From contig BAAFSQ010000221.1 in NCBI GenBank assembly GCA_054661495.1, positions 1 to 16,779 on the forward strand: 16,779 bases of DNA, written 5' to 3'. The position numbers and the translations under genes were made by a program. The notes below the pieces were generated by a model. That model did no database searches and was not told where the DNA came from. It saw nothing but the letters and a program-made list of their open reading frames with translations. Positions 9,236 to 16,779 of the stretch are shown here, one piece after another (position 1 is the stretch's first letter; each line of letters starts with the position of its first letter). The stretch comes from Zygophlyctis sp. KS116 (Eukaryota > Fungi > Chytridiomycota).

Positions 9236-9654
9236 TATTACTGAATGACGTAGGTCGACCAAGGTTCCAATAAAACCCTAACGTATTTTTTTCAATCTCT
9301 TTTACCATTCACTCCTAAAGCATTGGGAAATTGATTAAATGGGAGAGACTCAGATCAAATCGAAAGTCTATAATCCTAAAGATGATTTCATTACTTCTTT
9401 AGCTTCGCTGATTTCCTACATTTTCTTTTTTTTTACTTAATAAACTGTTTTACTTTTAAATCTTTTGATCATTGCATTGTATCATTGACATGCATCTTTC
9501 ATCTAGAGAATGCATCTGATTACCGAACAGTCAAGATTGCCGGGGATCAGTAAGCATTAAAGCATTAGAGCCACAACAACTGCTTGTGAGGCTGATAGAC
9601 AAGGTTTGGCCCAAAGCGTTGATTTGCTTTAAACTGATTTCTAAGATTTCTGAA
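9236..9654. promoter_or_regulatory. Divergent intergenic region (putative bidirectional promoter) between the HAL kinase and SWIRM genes
   Basis: Head-to-head gene orientation, the longest internal non-coding gap, and a poly(T) tract near 9421-9434. No site is experimentally supported. Confidence 0.5.
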
Positions 9655-10432
9655 ATGTCGGTGAAAATGTCAATGATCCTTTCTTGCTATCCTACGCCAG
9701 CATCATCACCAGTGGCGAATGCATCGGATGTAGTACCTTGTTTGAAACGCATGCCACTGCATTTTCCAAACGCATCGAAAAGAAGAAAGAAGACTCGGCC
9801 TAATCTAAAGCTTTCCCATGCATCTGTAAAACTAGATGTCTATTCTTTTTATTCTTGCGTTCCTGATATGTTATTATACTCTCGTAACATGGATGATCGT
9901 GGCTCTGATGATTGTGATAGTTCAGTGAGTAGCTCTAAATGTAGCAGTATTGTTGATCATGAATCTGCTCCCGTACCCGTAGAAATTGTGGCTCCCGCAG
10001 TAACGGTTAAATCATCGTGTCAAACTGCATTTATAGATTCTAGTATTGATTATTCAGTTTTTAAGAATACGGATGATGCTCCAATCGTAGAAAAGAAGGG
10101 TAAATTATCTAAAACTAACTAGACTAGGGACGCCATTGAATATTCCGACTGATTCACCATTTTATAATGATTTAACGTCTCAAGAGTTGAGAACTTGTTC
10201 AACATTGCGAATGCTTCCTGAACAGTATTTGCATGTAAAAAAGACAATGATCTCTGCTGTCATACATAAGCCTTTCTTTAATAAACGTGATGCTCAGGTT
10301 TGGTTTAGAATGGATGTGAACAAGGTATGTTGAATTATATTTTATTCAAAGACTTGTCTTTTATATGGTTGGTTTAAAGCAATCGGCTGGATCCCAGAAA
10401 GAGAAAATTGGCATTTGGGTCCTAAATGCTAA
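9655..10432 (+). CDS. SWIRM-domain protein (Fun19/YOR338W-like, Ada2 C-terminal-type SWIRM), about 240 aa; exons 9655-10099, 10128-10324, 10352-10432
   Basis: C-terminal KGTPLNI..LTSQELRTCSTLRMLPEQYLHVK..FNKRDAQVWFRMDVNK|TCLLYGWFKAIGWI matches the fungal SWIRM pattern. Introns are 28 and 27 nt. The start could be ATG 9655, 9667 or 9673. Confidence 0.85.
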
Positions 10433-10468
10433 TCTTTTACATATTGTAGTTAAAGTTGGAAATAAAAC

Positions 10469-13400
10469 TTATAAGCTTGAATTCATGCCCCACCAGTTGT
10501 GTGAAGGTTTAGAGCCATTTTGGACATAAAATAGGATATATGCAGCTTTAGACTAGAAATATTATTAAAAGAAAATAATACCTTTACTTGGCGCTCATCA
10601 TTGGCGGTCACTCGACTATCATCAAAATTAAGCCATTGTTTTTGATAGGAATTTCGGACTTGAGCCATATAATGGCCGCCATTTAGTGTGCCAAAGTGAT
10701 TCTAAATTTAGCTTAAGGAAAATCTTACCGACACAGCATACAAATCGTATATTGGAGGTGAGTCAGATATAGGCGAACTATTCGTTGTTACTAGATTTCT
10801 ACTCATATCAAAAGATCTAAAAAGTTAGATTCAATAATCGGCATACAAGAGAGGAAATTCAACATAAGTTTCGATCTTCTCTCTAAATGGGCCCTGGAAA
10901 TAAAATCGCTTCAAGTGAATTAGCAGAATTATTGGAAGTTTAGCTATAGTGAGCCTTTTAACCGATTTCCTAGGTAATTTACACCTCGGACAATTCCTAA
11001 ATATCAGTCTCGTTATGGGTGTACCATGCATTAGAACCCTCCAAAGTCTCCTCTTCTACAAACTTGTCAATACATTCCTCCAAATAGACAGGCCCGCCTT
11101 TCTTTCCAGCAGCATTATATTCTGGTATAGGCAAGGATAAATACATAAACGGATTAAATGTTGTTGAAACCTATAATGATTTAAAGATATTAATTCTTAC
11201 CTTTCCGCAAGTAAGACACTTCAGTTGTGATCGAAGGACCCCTTGAAAAAGATCGACTATGATTGACCAATTTTTTTGTTTATATTTTAGCCATTCCTTT
11301 TCCAAAAGAATCTAACATCAATATGCATGAAATTACTTACAGGATCTGGAATGTCATCTGTTTCTTCCTCCTTGTCTTCTATTGGTATGACTCCTTTTCT
11401 TTTTGATAAATTAAGATCTTCGTGCAAAGCATCAAGCAAAAATGCTAGAAATTCCTGACTGTCATGCTGTTCATTTCCCTTAAACGATTCGTTAAATTGA
11501 CCAATGACACTCTACAATTTAATGCACTGAAATTTACCTTGAATTTTTTTGGCGCAATTATCATTTCATTTTCCGACCACATCAATTTCACTAATTCTGC
11601 AAAAGAATTCACAATAGACCCCTGACTACCCAAAGGATTATGCTTATTTATATGCCTACGATAACTGCCGTCTGGAAATTATTAAAATAATTTCGTACCA
11701 AGAAAGTAACGAGCTAAAGGAATCGTCGCACTTAAGCACTGGATAATCGAGCTTAAATAGCAAGTATTTCCCAGATTTTTAAGTCCTGCGACTCCAATGC
11801 TAGATGAAGACAATGATGAAAGAGAAAAGGTCGCTTTACGTTCATCTATTAATTGAGTAGAAGAAGGTTTTGGTGGTACTGTGGGAGGAATGACGGGTGG
11901 AGGAGTTGATGAAAAAGCCAGCTTTGACGAAGATCGAGGCATTATTTCTGGTTTTAAGGAGTCTGAAACGGCAAACTTTGAACCACTGATAGTATGACTT
12001 ATGGGGTATGCAGAAGGCGGATGAGGAATATTTAGCGTCGGAGGAACATATTTCGTTAATGTGTCGGTGGAAGATGAGCGATGGAAATTAGGTGTTGAAT
12101 CAGATGCACGCTGAGGCATTGATGGTGAAGAATGCATCGAAGTTTTGACTGGATTCTGAAATTGAGAAGGCATTTGTGGATTGTACTGGGCGGGTGCCTG
12201 GTTTAGCGCAAACCCATTTTTCATTGATACATCTGGACGAAGAACCGGGTCTGGCAAAGGCCTTGCAAATTGTGAATATGCAGTCTGCTGTATTGGCATC
12301 GACGAAGAACTACCAGCATAACTTGTTAAAGGACGCTGGGCCGCAGGCACTGATGGCTGAATGGAAGGCCTGAAATTTGAGAGATTTGGAGCTTGTTCAA
12401 CTTGCTTCTTTTGCTGCTGTTGAATCCCGGTTGAATTTGGTTCAATATTAAGTTTTTTGATTTTATCAGAGATATCGACTGGACGGTAAGACTCTAACGG
12501 TTTCACTGCCATCGGTAATTGAGGATAGGTGTACGATTCTGATTTTAGTGATGAATCAAAATTAATTTCTGGATATTTACTGCTAATTCTTTGAAAAGCA
12601 TAAAATGGATCATCAAACCTTGATGTACGTCGTGGTAACTTTGGATTTTTATCGACCGCAACCTCTGGAAATTTCTCATTAGCCAGGCGTAAATCATTAA
12701 CTTCCTTTGAAGAAAAACTGGATGGTGATTCCTGAATTTGTTTTGTTTGTATATAATCTACTTTTGTTTCTCGACTCGGGGATTGTTTAGACGCTCTCCT
12801 AATCTATTTTTTTTTAAAAACAAATAGATTACATATTCTGCTGAATCACGAGCAATATCCACCGATATATCTGCCAATTTTTCAGGTTGAACACTGGACC
12901 CAACCTCTCCAAAACCTTTTTCGATCCATTCACTCCTACTTTTCTCATCCATATTACCATAAATAAATTCTTTCCATGCTTTCATTTAGAAAATTTTAAA
13001 AAACCTTTAAATCCCCCAACTAAAACTTTTGGATGCCTTGACAAATTAACTTGAAATTCCCATTCATATATAATACTATGCAATTTTGTAAGATCGTTTT
13101 GTAATGAATAAGAGCTTGAATCACAATAAACCACCAATTCATACTCTGCTCTAGTCTGAAATACTCTTTTCAATCCTAAATCCTTTGGACCAAATGCAGT
13201 AATTAAAGACTCTAAATCTCCTGCATTATTAGATACTTTTAACCAATTAGAATCTATAGCTATTATTCCACATTTTTTAGATGATAAATGTCCATCCAAG
13301 TAGTCGGATATGTTCCTAACATCAAAGAGTAATACTTTTTTTAAAGAATTTGAGTTTGATATTAAATTAAACAGTTGTTCAGCTGTAATTGTATTTTCAT

Positions 13401-13878
13401 CTTGAAATTTATCCAATGCCATTTGCCTTAAATTTGATATTGAAGTACCACTTTTAGACAATTTGGGGGGTGTGATAGCTCTAAACTTTTCCTTGAGTGG
13501 TTCCTTGATTTGTCCTATTTTAACTTCATTGTCCTTGTTGTATTTATCTGTCCTCTCTTGAATTTGAGCCTTGAGTTTCTCTAAAACCATCATTATATCT
13601 TCTAATTTCTGACATAAATTATTAAAAATTACATTTCTTGCATTGAGATACAACTCATCAGTTTTTCTAAACTCTTGTAAACTTGGGACGATTTCCAACA
13701 TTATTGTCACTCCCTTTAATAGTGAAATAAACGCCTCATCTAAACTCCCATTGGAACGATACTCAAGCCCATGGTCAAATAATGATAATGCAGAGCGGAT
13801 CCACATTTTATAGCTGTATGATGAAGACGGAAGAGAAGCTTTGCTTGTTAATTCTGCAATCGTCAGCGGTCGTCGCAT
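10469..13878 (-). CDS. DOA4: Ubiquitin-specific protease of the Doa4/USP8 type (N-terminal USP8/MIT-like domain, rhodanese-like domain, Pro/Ser-rich linker, USP domain), about 1042 aa; exons 13878-13005, 12978-12833, 12803-11699, 11671-11538, 11511-11341, 11311-11201, 11170-11025, 10996-10847, 10816-10729, 10701-10582, 10552-10469
   Basis: Cys box [18 protein letters not shown]; [21 protein letters not shown]; [12 protein letters not shown]; His box [34 protein letters not shown]; rhodanese LLFDVR..GHL..LVGGFKAWK. Ten GT-AG introns of 26-30 nt, all phases consistent. Confidence 0.93.
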
Positions 13879-13906
13879 TCTTAAACACAAAAAATCTACG
13901 ACGGCC

Positions 13907-15414
13907 TTAGCCTACATAAAGCATTCGAATTATAATCGCTACAATACATACAATTCCATGTCCAATAGCTACTAATAGAAATGGAGCACCTTCCCTCCAT
14001 GTATCAAATAAGTACCCACCAAGTTTAGTATTAAATAAAATTCCAATTGCTCCAAAAAAGGACGAGACACCAGCAACAGAACCACGTACTGTACTAGGAA
14101 TAGATGCATTAGTTACAAGAGAAAGAGAGCCTATAACCATTCCTATTTCACCAATACCAGCTAATATTATATAAAAATATATAATATTCGATGATAGATC
14201 ATTAGATAAAAATAAACAAAGATAGCCAATGACTCCAATAAGTCCCGCAAGTCCAATGATTACAATACGATTAAATTTATCTAATAAATATCCTACAACA
14301 GGAGCAAAGATTAATGCAAAACTTTGAGCTATTCCTGAAAGTATTGAGGCCTTGATATAAGCTTCATGACATGTTTCCTTGATTAAAGAGTCTGTTGGAT
14401 TCCCAGAACATTTCCCACTGGAAATATAATTCTTGTAAACCCATAAAGGAATAAATATTGTAAGGATTATTGAATCCCCTCTAGCTAAAAATGAGCCCAT
14501 ATATCCCTTTTAAATTAAATTTAAAAAAATACCAAGAGTATTTGTGGATTCTTTGCAGCTACAATTCCTTCCAGAGAATATTGCAGACTTTTCTTTACAA
14601 ATATTTGAAATTTTTGAATTAATGTAGGTTTTAATTCAACTTCACTTTGATTAGAATTACCATCTATAGTATCACAGAAAATATGATTATTTTCTACAGT
14701 TGGTAAAAGTCCAGTTTCAGAATTTGTGGTATTTTCGTTAAACTCTTGAATATTTTCATTTTGATCATCAGGTTTCAAGTTTGGAAAGAAGATTCCAAGA
14801 ATTACTGAAAATCCAACCGAAATACTCGCAACTACCAAATACATTCTACGCAATCCTTGTGTCCCATCTCCCAACTTTGTAATAAGAGGAAGAAATCCAA
14901 ATAGAGCTAGAATCGCTCCTAGTCCAGTACTTAATCCAACAGCTCCAGCCAATTTCCCTCGTGTACTTTCTCCTGCAACGAAATCTGCCAAAACAGCCGT
15001 TAGCATGGCCGAAGTCGCTGCACCTCCAAATGAGAAAATCAACCTATACAGTAGCAATTGAGGATAAACATTTAATGCAAAAGTATACAGATACATTCCC
15101 TGATGGTAAATAATTTACAAAAAAAAACATACAAGTGCCATAATGAGGAAACCAATACTATATACAAATTTCCTACCAGCAGAGTCTGAAATTACTCCCC
15201 AGATCAAAACCATAATAATACTTAATAATTCATCATAAAATGCCAATGATCCTGAAACATTTCCCAACTCTTCCTTTGGAACTGATAAAAGTTCACCCAA
15301 AACAAATGCCTGCGACGCATTCAAAAATACAAACAATGATATAGACAAGAGTGCAGCAAATAAATAAATTATAAAATGAGTTTTTGTAACTCCTTGATGA
15401 AATGATAAATTCAT
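13907..15414 (-). CDS. Major facilitator superfamily transporter, substrate unknown, 482 aa; exons 15414-15133, 15099-14533, 14506-13907
   Basis: About 12 hydrophobic segments in two halves, with MFS motif A-like WGVISDSAGRK and VGYLLDKFNR, and RGKLAG/RGSVAG. Introns are 33 and 26 nt. Confidence 0.88.
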
Positions 15415-15430
15415 TTTTCAGATTTTATTT

Positions 15431-16472
15431 TCAACGCACAACCATTTTCCCCTTTTTCCTCATTTTGGCTGTGCTCTTTTTCAATTCTCTTCTTTTTTCC
15501 TTTTCTTCAGCCTTTCTTGCTTCTTCTGGAGACATTTTAGTCCTTGCCTCCTCTCTCATTTTCTTTTCTACAAGTTTTTTCTTGTATAAATTCTGTTGAA
15601 TTTCTTCTTGCGAGGCTCTAATTAGAGACTGTTCTGCCAAAATTCTAATTTTTGCAATTTTATTAATAGTCTATAAAATTAGAATATAAAATTACTTCTT
15701 TTAACAGATTAATATTTGCTATAGTATCCAACACTGTAAACATAAAAGAAATCATTTGATCTACTTCTTCTTGATCTTGACTTGTTCTAAATGTAAAAGA
15801 AAGAATCATTTCCCGTCTTAAATCCTCTATATTACTAGGTTTAATTGAACAAGAATCTGAACAAACCATTTCTTCCAGAAAATAATTGTTTGGATTTCCT
15901 TCTCCAGTCTTTGAAAGACCAGAAAATTCATATAAACACGCCTTAATCTCTTTATTTGATAAAAGAGATGAAAAAACCTGATAATTATCTCCTACAATAG
16001 AATAAACATCTTTTCTAAATTCTGGAAATGACAACAAACTAGTCATTTTTTCCAAATCCCATCTTTTGAGTTTATTTGAAGCATTTCTTTTTGGAAAAAG
16101 AGCAAAAATATGAGAATTTGTACCTGTTAGAGTAAATGAAAAAGTCACTTTATCACTAGTCTGTTTCCCAATTTTAGTAATATCATGCCTTGGACTAGTT
16201 TTTATAGTCGCAAACATCTTTTCTAAATTTTGTCTTCCACTTGCATAAAGAATATATTCATTGGGACAATTGTAAATTAATTCATGACCAAAACCATCTC
16301 CCACTAGTACAAATTCCTTTTTTAAATTCTGTAGTTTTCCCAAAAATTCTTGAGCAATTTTCCTATTTTGAGATTTTCCATTAAAATGAAAAATTATAAA
16401 AATTCCAAATACAAGTATCAAGAGAAATTCAATCTGGAAATCCTGGGTCCTGAATTCCTTAAATTGTGACAT
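15431..16472 (-). CDS. CCDC47: PAT complex subunit CCDC47-like (DUF1682) ER membrane protein, 338 aa; exons 16472-15696, 15670-15431
   Basis: Single N-terminal TM followed by GKSQNRKIA, F.LVG, YILYASGRQN and PRHD, then a basic coiled-coil tail MSPEEARKAEEKEKRRELKK..MRKK. The intron 15695-15671 is 25 nt. An in-frame TAA immediately precedes the ATG. Confidence 0.82.
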
Positions 16473-16598
16473 TTACTTTACAACTTTAGAACTTTACTTC
16501 TTTACTTGTTTACTTGTTTAGTAGGGGAATTTCCAGGTTTGTAAACTCTACAAGATCTTGGTAACAGAAACTAAACACTAAACACTAAAAACTAAACA
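16472..16598. repeat. Short degenerate tandem repeats upstream of CCDC47: TTTACTT(C/G) units (about 16472-16520) and CTAAACA x4 (16571-16598)
   Basis: TTTACTTC TTTACTTG TTTACTTG TTTA, and CTAAACA CTAAACA CTAAAAA CTAAACA. Confidence 0.65.
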
Positions 16599-16779
16599 GT
16601 GGCATTAGAAATAAAAATGTAGTAAAGAATTATAAACCAATAAGAAATTGAATCTTGTCTAAATGTAGTTTAGAGTCTGTCTGAATGCATAGAGTCTTTA
16701 ATAAACTTTAAAAAGTCTAATAAAATCTCTTGTAGCTCTAGTCTCTTTTGTTCCCATGGTATAAAATCAAGTCTAGTCC

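Noticed and set aside
9586-13890. ORF-track starts at GTG/TTG (e.g. 9586, 13890; also 9262)
   Set aside because: This is eukaryotic DNA, so downstream in-frame ATGs (9655, 13878, 9235) are preferred.
10949-15599. Plus-strand ORFs 10949-11140, 12176-12373 and 15402-15599
   Set aside because: Antisense shadows of DOA4 and of the Lys/Glu-rich CCDC47 tail.
1278-16472. Fragmented ORFs as pseudogenes, programmed frameshifts or a non-standard genetic code
   Set aside because: Every break is repaired by a GT-AG micro-intron with consistent phase, and catalytic motifs are intact under the standard code.
21-16565. GTCACCAAGATCTTGCA (21-37) versus TACAAGATCTTGGTAAC (16549-16565) as terminal inverted repeats
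   Set aside because: The match is mostly a 10-bp self-palindrome, it encloses housekeeping genes, and there is no transposase or target-site duplication.

Overview
AT-rich, extremely compact eukaryotic genomic DNA. The gene set is fungal, and a 6TM cyclic-nucleotide-domain channel plus minute introns suggest an early-diverging, zoosporic (chytrid-like) fungus; that assignment is inference only. The fragmented ORF track is explained by 32 GT-AG spliceosomal introns reconstructed by hand: 31 are 23-33 nt and one is 53 nt. Splicing gives 10 intact genes: a C2H2 zinc-finger protein, DOM34/Pelota, PPX1 exopolyphosphatase, a DMA1-type FHA-RING E3, a KCNH/HCN/CNG-superfamily channel, a HAL-family kinase, a SWIRM protein, a DOA4/USP8 deubiquitinase, an MFS transporter and CCDC47. 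Spacers between tandem and convergent coding regions are only 0-61 bp. I see no mobile element, CRISPR array or recognisable RNA gene. The most notable signals are the ultra-short intron system, the operon-like packing, a channel with a non-canonical filter and degenerate nucleotide-binding cassette, two possible splice switches (Pelota intron 3 and the kinase 5' end), an ATGACGT motif just upstream of three consecutive genes, and a shared motif set flanking the zinc-finger gene.
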